Below, piece by piece: positions 17,501-26,011 of a DNA stretch of 32,000 bases. Numbering within the stretch: the stretch's first letter is position 1; each line of letters starts with the position of its first letter. The notes beneath the pieces are model-generated. The model saw only the letters and a list, made by a program, of their open reading frames with translations, was not told where the DNA came from and did no database searches. A program made the translations under genes and the position numbers. The stretch is taken from NCBI GenBank assembly GCA_030614005.1, contig JAUWKS010000036.1, positions 1 to 32,000 of the forward strand, read 5' to 3'. This DNA is from Candidatus Heimdallarchaeota archaeon (GTDB lineage Archaea > Asgardarchaeota > Heimdallarchaeia > JABLTI01).

Positions 17501-18280
17501 TTAAAGGGAATCCAACATCTCATTTTCATCTTTGTATCCTAATTTAATAGCTATTGTGTGGAGGGCTTCTGCAACAGCAGCCTGCGTCAATTTGAATTCC
17601 TCATTTTCTAGGGCATTTGTTAAAAACTCGACAGATTTCTCATCCGGTTTTTTAGCTATTAATTCCGTAATATGACTCTTAACTTCATCCGACTTTTCTT
17701 CTTGAAAACAGATTAAAAGACTATCTAAATCAATACTTGATTTACTTTTTAGTAAGGCAATTGCAGCCTGTACACGAACTTCTTCAGACGAATCCATTTT
17801 GAGATGTTTAAAAATAATTTCACCGAAATCTTCTGAACCGTTTTTACCAAACGCTTCAATAACTGCTTCACGAACCCAATGCGACTCTTCGTTATCTAAT
17901 ATGGGAATCATCAATTTAACAGCCGAAGAATTCCCAATTTCCCCGAGAGCTTGAGCGATTGCTCTTCGAACAATGGGTGAATTTTCCTCGGCAATGGCTT
18001 TACCAAATTCTTTCGGAATTGCAATACCATCAGCTAATTTCGCAAGAGAACGAGCAGCAGCAGCACGGACATCTTCGGATTCATCTCCTTTCAAAGCTGT
18101 GAGTAAAGGATCAATTACAGTGTCGTCACCGATATCTCCAAGACTTTTCGCTGCCTCCTCACGAGTGGCTACATCCCAATTAACTAACTCTTCTATAAAA
18201 TCACTGACGTTCTTTTTGGTTGTACCCAAAGTTCGTTCCCTCAAGTATCTAATAAATGCATTTCCTTCAATATCCTTCAA
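17501..18280 (-). CDS. HEAT-repeat (PBS lyase-like) protein
   Basis: At least 5 repeats (TREEAAKSLGDIG, VRAAAARSLAKL, VRRAIAQALGEIG, VREAVIEAFGK, VRVQAAIALLK); TTG start. Confidence 0.9.
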   Translation of the reverse strand: MKDIEGNAFIRYLRERTLGTTKKNVSDFIEELVNWDVATREEAAKSLGDIGDDTVIDPLLTALKGDESEDVRAAAARSLAKLADGIAIPKEFGKAIAEENSPIVRRAIAQALGEIGNSSAVKLMIPILDNEESHWVREAVIEAFGKNGSEDFGEIIFKHLKMDSSEEVRVQAAIALLKSKSSIDLDSLLICFQEEKSDEVKSHITELIAKKPDEKSVEFLTNALENEEFKLTQAAVAEALHTIAIKLGYKDENEMLDSL

Positions 18281-18351
18281 ATAGCTTTCCCTTTAAGCAA
18301 AAGGGAGGAAAAAATTCAAGATATTATTCCTCAAAACGAGAAGAACAATAA

Positions 18352-19209
18352 CTAAATTGCAGATAAAATTAATACTACAATAACTAAAATGAGACTAACT
18401 AAAGAAACACCTAATGAAATAAATAAGATAATTCTTTGGAGCCTAAATTCTTTCATCCATCTCATACGAAATTTATTGAAATCATCTTTGTTGATGACAG
18501 TTTTGTTCATCTCTTCAAGAGCAGAACTTAGTGATTCAAGGTCAGAACGAGTTTTTGCCAAACTTTTCTTGTGAACTTTATCTGCTTCAACAAACTCTTT
18601 TTTGGTGAGTAATGTTTTATTTGCAAGAGTTTCTAAAGATTGATTTACAGATAATGCCATCCTCATAGCAGTATTTTCAGCTATTTTCTCAGCACTTTCA
18701 TGATCTTGAACATGGCTCGTTAACAAATCAATAATTTCATTTGGATTGGTCATTATTTTAAATGGCACTTCAAATGATTTGCCGTCAAATCCAACTCTAA
18801 AGAATTTAGCTTTGTAATCCTTTTGATCCCGACTTTTAGCAAAAGCGTTGCCATCATTAACCATTGCAACAGCTTCTGGTAGCAATGCTTGATAGATTTG
18901 TTGAGTAGCAATATCTGTACCTGACATGAATACAGACATGCCTGGGTGTGTATGGTACCAACCTAAAATGACTTCTCCTTTTCCTCTCTCTTCTAATCGC
19001 TCTAGTATTTTAAATTGCATCATGTTATCAAATGAAACAAAAGTAGGATTTGATTCAGCTACTGCAAAAACTGCTTCAGTTATCAGAAGTTTTTCTTTCA
19101 TTATTTTACCGATAAGATATCCACCTATTTCTCTTTCTGTATTTGTTGCAGTCCAATCAATTATCTTTGCATATGCTAACGGAGAAATCTCTACAGTAAT
19201 TTTAGTCAT
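18352..19209 (-). CDS. JAB1/MPN+ (JAMM) metallo-isopeptidase with coiled coil and C-terminal TM helix
   Basis: REIGGYLIG (catalytic Glu) and GWYHTHPGMSVFMSGTD (H-x-H-x7-S-x2-D). ISPLA..KI and TQQIYQ..AVAMV resemble Rpn11/CSN5. C-terminus IILFISLGVSLVSLILVIVVLILSAI-stop. Confidence 0.9.
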   Translation of the reverse strand: MTKITVEISPLAYAKIIDWTATNTEREIGGYLIGKIMKEKLLITEAVFAVAESNPTFVSFDNMMQFKILERLEERGKGEVILGWYHTHPGMSVFMSGTDIATQQIYQALLPEAVAMVNDGNAFAKSRDQKDYKAKFFRVGFDGKSFEVPFKIMTNPNEIIDLLTSHVQDHESAEKIAENTAMRMALSVNQSLETLANKTLLTKKEFVEADKVHKKSLAKTRSDLESLSSALEEMNKTVINKDDFNKFRMRWMKEFRLQRIILFISLGVSLVSLILVIVVLILSAI

Positions 19210-19297
19210 TTTAATCGAGAGATTATTAATTTCAATTTTTAAAAACCTTTGCAGTTTTATCAGAACTGGTTTATCAATATAGTATAATTGCTCTTCT

Positions 19298-20503
19298 TTA
19301 CAGTAATAAGATCAATGTAGTAATAATTCCAGCAACTACAATTGTTCCAAGAATTGATAAGACTATTTTTAATGTGTTTTTGTTTTTAGTCTTATAACAT
19401 GCTTCCGGACAAATTTCTATACATGTGAAGCACGAGATACATCCATTATAATCGATTTTTGGAATAAATTGACCTTTCTTGTTTTTTGTAATAGTGATTA
19501 CTTTTTCTGGGCAAGCTCTTTCACAATTCAGACAACCTGTACAACCTTCAACGTATTTAGGCACTTCAAATATTATATTCGAAAACCTAGCAAAAGGGAT
19601 TCTTCCTAAAAATGCTACTTTAGGAAGTTTGAATTTTCTTTTGTGATCTTCAATTCTCTCACCAACAATTTCGATATCCTCTAATTCCATAACCCCTAAT
19701 CCTTGTTCAGCAGCGAACCTTATTGTGGGCACTATCTTAGGATCTGAACCCATAATTCTAAACGCTACTGAATCCAAAGCTACAGCATCTGCGCTTGCTA
19801 GAATAAGATTCATCTCAACTGGACTTCCTCCCGCTCCAGGTCCCATCCCTTCTAATGCAATTATTGCATCCATTACATTTAGCTTTATCCTTGTTTTCTC
19901 AAAAGCATAAATATCAACTAAGCATTGAGCAAAGCCATTAAAAGTTGCTCCAAGAGAATGTATCCTAGTTTTATCTGCTCCACAAATTGTTCCATATAAA
20001 TTTTTGATAGCTCCCGTATAGAGCGCTAATCCATGAGTTTTCATTTTGGGAATGTTGATAACTGCTTTAGATTCTAAAAATTCTGTAGAAATATTGGCTT
20101 CCTTTAGCTTCTTGCCATTTATTTCAACCTTTGTTGGTCCATGTTCCTCTAAACTTCTAACTTGTATTTTTTCGCTTTTTTCTCCTATCTCCAGATAACC
20201 ACTTCTTTTAATAGCTGCTCTTGTTCCACCTGTTTGTCCTGCACCACTTGAATCACCAATTAATACCTTCTTGCCTAATTCTAACACCATGTTTGCCAGA
20301 GTTTCTACAACCCGAGGATCAGTTCGAATCTTTGCTTTTACCTCTTCATTATTAGGTGCTGAGAGCAAATTGGGTTTGAGTAAAACATCATCTGAATGGT
20401 CAATAAATTGCTCTAATCCACCAAGCAATTCAACAGCTCTTTTGACGGCACCCCGCACGTCGTCCTTTTCTACTTTTACAATAGAAACTTTGACTTTACT
20501 CAT
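19298..20503 (-). CDS. DUF362 protein fused to a 2x[4Fe-4S] ferredoxin, with C-terminal TM helix
   Basis: VLLKPNLL, IGDSSG, INIPKMKTH..YTGAIKNLYG, DAIIALEG.GP; CTGCLNCERACP and CISCFTCIEICP; hydrophobic C-terminus. ATG at 20503 preferred. Confidence 0.88.
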   Translation of the reverse strand: MSKVKVSIVKVEKDDVRGAVKRAVELLGGLEQFIDHSDDVLLKPNLLSAPNNEEVKAKIRTDPRVVETLANMVLELGKKVLIGDSSGAGQTGGTRAAIKRSGYLEIGEKSEKIQVRSLEEHGPTKVEINGKKLKEANISTEFLESKAVINIPKMKTHGLALYTGAIKNLYGTICGADKTRIHSLGATFNGFAQCLVDIYAFEKTRIKLNVMDAIIALEGMGPGAGGSPVEMNLILASADAVALDSVAFRIMGSDPKIVPTIRFAAEQGLGVMELEDIEIVGERIEDHKRKFKLPKVAFLGRIPFARFSNIIFEVPKYVEGCTGCLNCERACPEKVITITKNKKGQFIPKIDYNGCISCFTCIEICPEACYKTKNKNTLKIVLSILGTIVVAGIITTLILLL

Positions 20504-20615
20504 TGGTAATCGGATGACATTATATGAAAATTCAATTAAATCTTTTCTCATTTATTAATTGAAATTTGTGCATCTTATTACAAAAATGAAAGAAAAAAAG
20601 ATAGAGATATGGAAA

Positions 20616-21854
20616 TCAAACATATATTTTACATCGATAGCAGTACCAGCGATTGTATTGTTTGATAAATGATAATTTGCTTCCACATTTTGGGCAATGC
20701 CCTTTTCGCTTCTTCTTTTTTGATTCCGATTTAACTTCTTTGGGTTGCTGTACTTTTTCCTTTACAGGTTCTAGCTCTGGTTCAGTTTCACTTAAAATTT
20801 CAGTAATGCTTTCTTCGTCATTATTTCCTTCAATAATGTGCATTGTATCGAGCTTTGATCTGTCAATAGTTTCATAGCTAGCATTCGCATCTGGTTGTGT
20901 TTGTGAATCGAAATCATCCATAGGAGGGACAGGAATCATTAAATCTAATTCAGCTGAAATGTCATCTACTGGTTGACTATAAGCTTCTGTTGAGTCAACT
21001 ACAGTTAACATTTCTTTGTCAATAGATTCAATTTTGTCTTTCAAAGAAGTGATTTCCTGATTTGTACTATCTATCTGAAATTTCTTTGTTTCAACAACTA
21101 ACATTCGTTCCTCTAATGCTGTCATAATTTCAGATAAACTGCTAATTTTCTCATTCAGCATGCTTAATGTTGAAATGAGCTGATTCATATGTTCTTTTTG
21201 TGGGACATCTGTTTCAATTTTTGGGGGCATAGGCAAGGGTTTTACTGTGAATGGTCGAGAATTATTATCTAATTCTTCACCGTCAGCCCTAGCCCCATTA
21301 CGAGGGAAACCTTCTTTTTCCAGAAACATTTTTCCCATCATATTGAAAGCTTCGCTGATATTTTCTCCAGTCAAAGCTGACGTATGCAGATAAGTAGCAT
21401 CGATGCCTTTCATTTTCTTAATCTTCCCAAGGAGTTTATCAATATCTTCTTGTTTCACTTTTATTTTATCAGTAAGATCATGTTTGTTCCCTAGGATAAT
21501 AAAAATCTTCAAAAAGCCCCCTGAATGCTCAACTGCCTCTTCTACCCATTGGTCAAGTTTTTCTAGTGTTTCCGGTGAAGTGAGGTCACATACTAGGAAT
21601 CCACATTTGCATCCACTATAGAATGATGAGCGAACATGTTTGTACATTGCTTGACCAGCAAGGTCCCATATTTGGAAGTGAACTTTGTTTTCACCTAGAA
21701 CTATTGCTTTTGATGCAAAATCTGCACCAATGGTCTTAATGTATTCACTCTTAAATCCAACGCCCATAAACTGGGATCGAATGCTTGTTTTTCCTACTGA
21801 ACCTTCACCCATTAGAACAATTTTGAACACGAATTCACGTTTTATTTCTGACAA
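20616..21854 (-). CDS. Rab-like Ras-superfamily small GTPase with long C-terminal extension (coiled coil, acidic linker, Zn ribbon)
   Basis: G1 GEGSVGKT, G2 YIKTIGADF, G3 WDLAGQ, G4 NKHD, G5 TSALTG. Heptad region about aa 225-290; KKKKRK-GHCPKC..WYCYRC at the C-terminus. Confidence 0.92.
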   Translation of the reverse strand: MSEIKREFVFKIVLMGEGSVGKTSIRSQFMGVGFKSEYIKTIGADFASKAIVLGENKVHFQIWDLAGQAMYKHVRSSFYSGCKCGFLVCDLTSPETLEKLDQWVEEAVEHSGGFLKIFIILGNKHDLTDKIKVKQEDIDKLLGKIKKMKGIDATYLHTSALTGENISEAFNMMGKMFLEKEGFPRNGARADGEELDNNSRPFTVKPLPMPPKIETDVPQKEHMNQLISTLSMLNEKISSLSEIMTALEERMLVVETKKFQIDSTNQEITSLKDKIESIDKEMLTVVDSTEAYSQPVDDISAELDLMIPVPPMDDFDSQTQPDANASYETIDRSKLDTMHIIEGNNDEESITEILSETEPELEPVKEKVQQPKEVKSESKKKKRKGHCPKCGSKLSFIKQYNRWYCYRCKIYV

Positions 21855-22089
21855 TTTTCTTCAGGGCTCCTTCTTTTTTCTAGTTTGCACAAATATTACT
21901 TTGTTAAGTTAATAAAGATTCGATTTATACCAATTAAGTGTTTGCTAATATGTAAATGGTATCATGTTTACTTAAACTTCTGTCTTAGGCAAACATTAAA
22001 ATTATATGTCCTCTTTTGTAAGATTTATTAAACTGTTAGTCGTATATTATCTTTAAGAATAATTCATTTACATTTTGGAGTAATAACAA

Positions 22090-22935
22090 TTGTTTAGACG
22101 GCAATCTCCTAAAAAGAAGGATACCACTCTCTGGTCTGAATACCCGGATTATAATCCAATAAATAATGTCGAAGAGAAACCACTCTATGATGAAGCACGT
22201 GTAACTGATGAACATCGTGTTCTTGGTCAAATCATTCGAGAGAATTGGAATCTTGTTCATCCACTTGCAAGAGACTATATGTTATCTGCTGCTGCTGAAT
22301 GGCGAAAGTTTATTATTGAACACGAAATGACCCCAACGGGTTCAAGTGATCAAAATGAAGTTATTGATATTATGAAGCAAGATTTTGAAACAAAAATGCA
22401 AAGAATTCTGTTGGAGAAAGATGCAGAGATTGAAAAAATAAAAATGGACATTGCTGAGAGTTTCAAAGAAGAATTAGAACGAAAGGATGAAGAATTCGAA
22501 AATTATAAAATGATGGCTGAATCTGTCCGAACAAATTTTGATGATACCAAAATTTCTCAATCAAATCTTCAGAGTGATCTTTCAGCTCGTGACAATCGTA
22601 TTGCTGTTTTAGAGAAATTAGTTGAAGATTTGCGCGATCAATGCAAATCAAAGGAAATTGAGGCAATGAATGTTCAAACAGGTATTAGTAAGAATTTTCA
22701 ACAACAAATCAGTGAAATGACTACTGAGTTATATAATCGTCAAGAGCAAATAGAGAAATTACGTGGAGTGCTTTCTAAAGCTAAAGATCAACTTGTTCAT
22801 TTGAAAGAAAAGAATGGCGAGTATATCCTATCCAGGAAGCAATTGGATGCACGCATAGAGTCTTTGGAACGTATGGTTAACGAAAGAGATCATAAGCTCA
22901 AACAAGTTGTAAAATCAATTGAAAATTTAGAATAA
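22090..22935 (+). CDS. Long coiled-coil protein with an N-terminal globular segment
   Basis: About 190 aa of E/K/Q/L-rich heptads after an approximately 85-aa non-coiled N-terminus. TTG start with GGAG 9 nt upstream. Confidence 0.8.
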   Translation: MFRRQSPKKKDTTLWSEYPDYNPINNVEEKPLYDEARVTDEHRVLGQIIRENWNLVHPLARDYMLSAAAEWRKFIIEHEMTPTGSSDQNEVIDIMKQDFETKMQRILLEKDAEIEKIKMDIAESFKEELERKDEEFENYKMMAESVRTNFDDTKISQSNLQSDLSARDNRIAVLEKLVEDLRDQCKSKEIEAMNVQTGISKNFQQQISEMTTELYNRQEQIEKLRGVLSKAKDQLVHLKEKNGEYILSRKQLDARIESLERMVNERDHKLKQVVKSIENLE

Positions 22936-22960
22936 ATCATTCTTTAAATTAAGCCTGTTG

Positions 22961-23890
22961 CTAAAGAGCACAACAGGAATTAATTCTTTTTATTTCTAAA
23001 CCAAATTTATTTTTCGCATATTCCAGTGTTCTAGTTTTGGGTATTGCAATTCTATTTATTCCTGATCGAATAGCAATTTCTTCATATTGTGGAATGCGAA
23101 CTCTCATACATCCCAAGGATTGCTCGATAGTTGGACTATTCATTCGCACATAGATCATTGCTTTAGCCATTATTTCAGGTTTTACTGTAGAGACATTTTC
23201 CATTTTAGTACCTTTTGTAGGAATCAACCCAAGAAAAACAATTGTTTCTGGATTAAACTCTAATACAGTTTTTAATGCTTCAAAATTACCTTTCTCTGAA
23301 CCATAATACAACCCCAAACATATATGTGGTACAACTTTTAATCCAGCATCTACAAGGAATTTATAGGATCTAATATAATCTTGCCCTTTTTTTCCGTTCA
23401 TTAAGATTTCATTTATTACATCAGTATCTGTAATTAAATCAAACGAAACAACATCTACACCAATTTCATATAGTACTTTTGCTTGTTCTTTTTCCACTAA
23501 TCCCGCATGAACATTTATCTGTAAACTAGTCTCTTTTTTTATTTCAGCAATAGAATTTAGAAAATCACCTAGAGGCACCTGGCTTTCTTCATTATACCCA
23601 CCACTAATAAGCATACCATTACCACCTTTGCTCTCTAATTTTTTTGCAAAGTCAACTAAATTTTTTGGCTGAGTTATAGATTTCATACTTTTTAGATAGT
23701 GCTTATTACAATAAAGACAATTTTGAGCACAGTAATTTCCAGTAACACTTATTGACGGGAATTTTTCTCCTAGATAATGAACTTTCAAAACTTTACCAAA
23801 AGTATGCCAGCTGCTCTCTCTAGCCTCTTTCATCAGAGAAGTCAAATCTTGATCTGATAACCGTAAAATTTCTTTTATTGTATATGCCAT
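22961..23890 (-). CDS. Radical SAM protein, biotin synthase-related archaeal family (COG1856-like)
   Basis: SISVTGNYCAQNCLYC, GMLISGG, INVHAGLV, VVPHICLGL, SLGCMR. Confidence 0.88.
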   Translation of the reverse strand: MAYTIKEILRLSDQDLTSLMKEARESSWHTFGKVLKVHYLGEKFPSISVTGNYCAQNCLYCNKHYLKSMKSITQPKNLVDFAKKLESKGGNGMLISGGYNEESQVPLGDFLNSIAEIKKETSLQINVHAGLVEKEQAKVLYEIGVDVVSFDLITDTDVINEILMNGKKGQDYIRSYKFLVDAGLKVVPHICLGLYYGSEKGNFEALKTVLEFNPETIVFLGLIPTKGTKMENVSTVKPEIMAKAMIYVRMNSPTIEQSLGCMRVRIPQYEEIAIRSGINRIAIPKTRTLEYAKNKFGLEIKRINSCCAL

Positions 23891-24083
23891 CTATTTTACC
23901 TTTTGGAAATCACTTTTGAGAGCTTCACTATACACTAATTTAATCTTTAGATGATGGAGCTTTTTTTACTTTTCTTCGTTTTTATTAACTGCCTATTTAC
24001 AAAGGTTTTAATTGGTTTTTGTCATATATTTCTATATAAATTATATAGTTAAGACATACATTAGTAGTAGGAGCAAAACAAAT

Positions 24084-24836
24084 TTGGGTTACTTTAAAGG
24101 TCTCTTTACGTCATTAGGAATTGCATTACCAAGCTTTCTCTTCATTCATATATATCTTCAAGAAATGTGGTTACCAAACTTTTTCACCGATTTAGTTGGA
24201 GGAAACTGGGAACTACTGCTTCAAGTTTGTGAGACTACAATCTTAGAACCTATTACCATATTTTTCGTTGCTCCAGAAGTGTTGAGAATTTTATTTGCAT
24301 TTGTACCTTGGGTAGTTGCCGCTTTCGTAGCTAGTTTCTTCTTCCGTAAGAAACATGCCGCGAGATTAGGATTAGCGACTACAATTTCATTATTCTTTAT
24401 TGCGGAGCTAGTTTATTATCTAATAATACAAAATACAGTATTAACGGTTGACACTTTAACACTACCAAATCCTTTGTATGGCTTTCTTGTCATTCAAGCA
24501 ACAGTAACTATAGTTGGATTGCTAGCAGGGTTGATTAGTCCCTTTAAAAAGGAAGCTAGCTTAGATTATAAACCTCCTCCTGCTTCACAGAGCAGAAGAC
24601 CATCTAGACCTTCTGATCCAACTCCATTGGTTACACATGAACCAGTTGATTTTGATAGTCCCATTTACATGCCAGATGAAAGCCCAAGTAGGGATGAATA
24701 CATTGAAAGGCATCACACTCCTGTGAGTCAAAGACCATCCTCTGCCCAAGCTCCTTGTGAATACTGTGGATCGTTCTTGGACCCTGATACAGAATTTTGC
24801 AGTGTTTGTGGAAATCGAGCTTCAGGTGAATATTAA
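24084..24836 (+). CDS. Membrane protein (about 4 TM) with Pro/Ser-rich tail and C-terminal zinc ribbon
   Basis: Hydrophobic segments, PPPASQSRRPSRPSDPTP linker, CEYC..CSVC. TTG at 24084 (AGGAG 10 nt upstream) preferred over track start 24012. Confidence 0.78.
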   Translation: MGYFKGLFTSLGIALPSFLFIHIYLQEMWLPNFFTDLVGGNWELLLQVCETTILEPITIFFVAPEVLRILFAFVPWVVAAFVASFFFRKKHAARLGLATTISLFFIAELVYYLIIQNTVLTVDTLTLPNPLYGFLVIQATVTIVGLLAGLISPFKKEASLDYKPPPASQSRRPSRPSDPTPLVTHEPVDFDSPIYMPDESPSRDEYIERHHTPVSQRPSSAQAPCEYCGSFLDPDTEFCSVCGNRASGEY

Positions 24837-24898
24837 ATCACCTAGCACTTTATTTTTAAAATAATTAAATTAATTCAGAAAAAGCTACGAGGTAGTAA

Positions 24899-25147
24899 TC
24901 AATCCTCGTCACGGATTAACATAGTCATTGTACTTGATATGTTATTGTATTTTCTAATTTCTTCTGAAACTAGATTATCAAGTGCTTTGGCCGAATCTGC
25001 TTCGATTTTGAGAATTAAATCAAATAATCCCCAAACTAATGAGATTTCTTCTAAACCAGCCACTTTCGTTAATTCCTCAAATAGTTCGTACTCCGTTCCA
25101 CCTTTAACATTAATTAATACATATGCTTTGACCATGTCTGACATCAT
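24899..25147 (-). CDS. Stand-alone Lrp/AsnC ligand-binding (RAM) domain protein
   Basis: KAYVLINV..G.E.E..E.L..EISLVWGLFDLILKIEA..L..IR..I.ST.TM; no HTH. Start could be 25147, 25144 or 25135. Confidence 0.88.
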   Translation of the reverse strand: MMSDMVKAYVLINVKGGTEYELFEELTKVAGLEEISLVWGLFDLILKIEADSAKALDNLVSEEIRKYNNISSTMTMLIRDED

Positions 25148-25325
25148 CCTAGTTTTAGAATTTTTTTTGTAATACTCACAGATTTGCTCCAATAGATTTT
25201 AATGTTTATCTTTTAACTATTGCTTAGTTTAATTCAGTGATTTCACAATAAAATAGATTAACAACTGAATAATAAATCTTTATATCAAAGAGTACCTTAT
25301 TGAAAGCAAAAATTATGTGAATGCA

Positions 25326-25922
25326 ATGACAGCTCAACCTAAAGCAGGATTTCTCTTAGAAAGTGATATTACATTATACATTTACAAGACCAAACAAGAT
25401 GATCCTAAGAAATGTACTGCAGTTCGCATGCATAAACTTGGGAAAGCTACCTTAGTTTATAGAGTAGGAAAAATTCCTATGAACAGTGTACTATTGAATC
25501 CATTCGCTCCAAAAGCATTATCCATTGAAGATTTACCTGTTATGCAAGCCAAAGGTCTTGTTGGTCTAGATTGTTCTTGGGTACATGCAGAGGAAACTTT
25601 TGGACTTGATGAAACAAAGAATGGGAAAATGAAACAGAAAGGTCGCTGGAAATTCGTTAATAGAATTCTGCCCTACCTTCTTGCTGCAAACCCAGTGAAT
25701 TATGGCAAACCTTGTAAATTAAGTACTGTTGAAGCGATTGCTGCAGCTATTTATATCGTTGGTTTCAAAAATGATGCTGTCAAAATATTAGACGGTTTTA
25801 AATGGGGGCATTCATTCTTTAGTTTAAACAAAGAATTGTTAGATGCATATGCTTCTGCTAACAGTAGTTTAGAAGTAGTGCAAATTCAAAATGAGTATCT
25901 TGATGATTTATATGCTGAATAA
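25326..25922 (+). CDS. tsr3: 16S/18S rRNA aminocarboxypropyltransferase Tsr3 (DUF367)
   Basis: QDDPKKCTA, LDCSW, RILPYLLAANPVNYGKPCKLSTVEAIAAA, FKWGHSFFSLN. Confidence 0.96.
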   Translation: MTAQPKAGFLLESDITLYIYKTKQDDPKKCTAVRMHKLGKATLVYRVGKIPMNSVLLNPFAPKALSIEDLPVMQAKGLVGLDCSWVHAEETFGLDETKNGKMKQKGRWKFVNRILPYLLAANPVNYGKPCKLSTVEAIAAAIYIVGFKNDAVKILDGFKWGHSFFSLNKELLDAYASANSSLEVVQIQNEYLDDLYAE

Positions 25923-26011
25923 ATTAGCCTTTGTTGAAAAATAACAAAAACGATAAAAGCAAACTTAAATCCAAATAATTAAGAAGATATCAGTAACTGG
26001 AGATCATTGAA

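Noticed and set aside
15453-21854. Idea that fni plus HEAT proteins form a Rab prenylation system
   Set aside because: The GTPase has no terminal Cys motif (it ends CKIYV, with the Cys part of a Zn ribbon), no prenyltransferase beta subunit is present, and fni is explained by archaeal lipid synthesis.
23889-23965. Short minus-strand frame ending just before the radical SAM start
   Set aside because: About 24 codons bounded by stops, with no recognisable homology.
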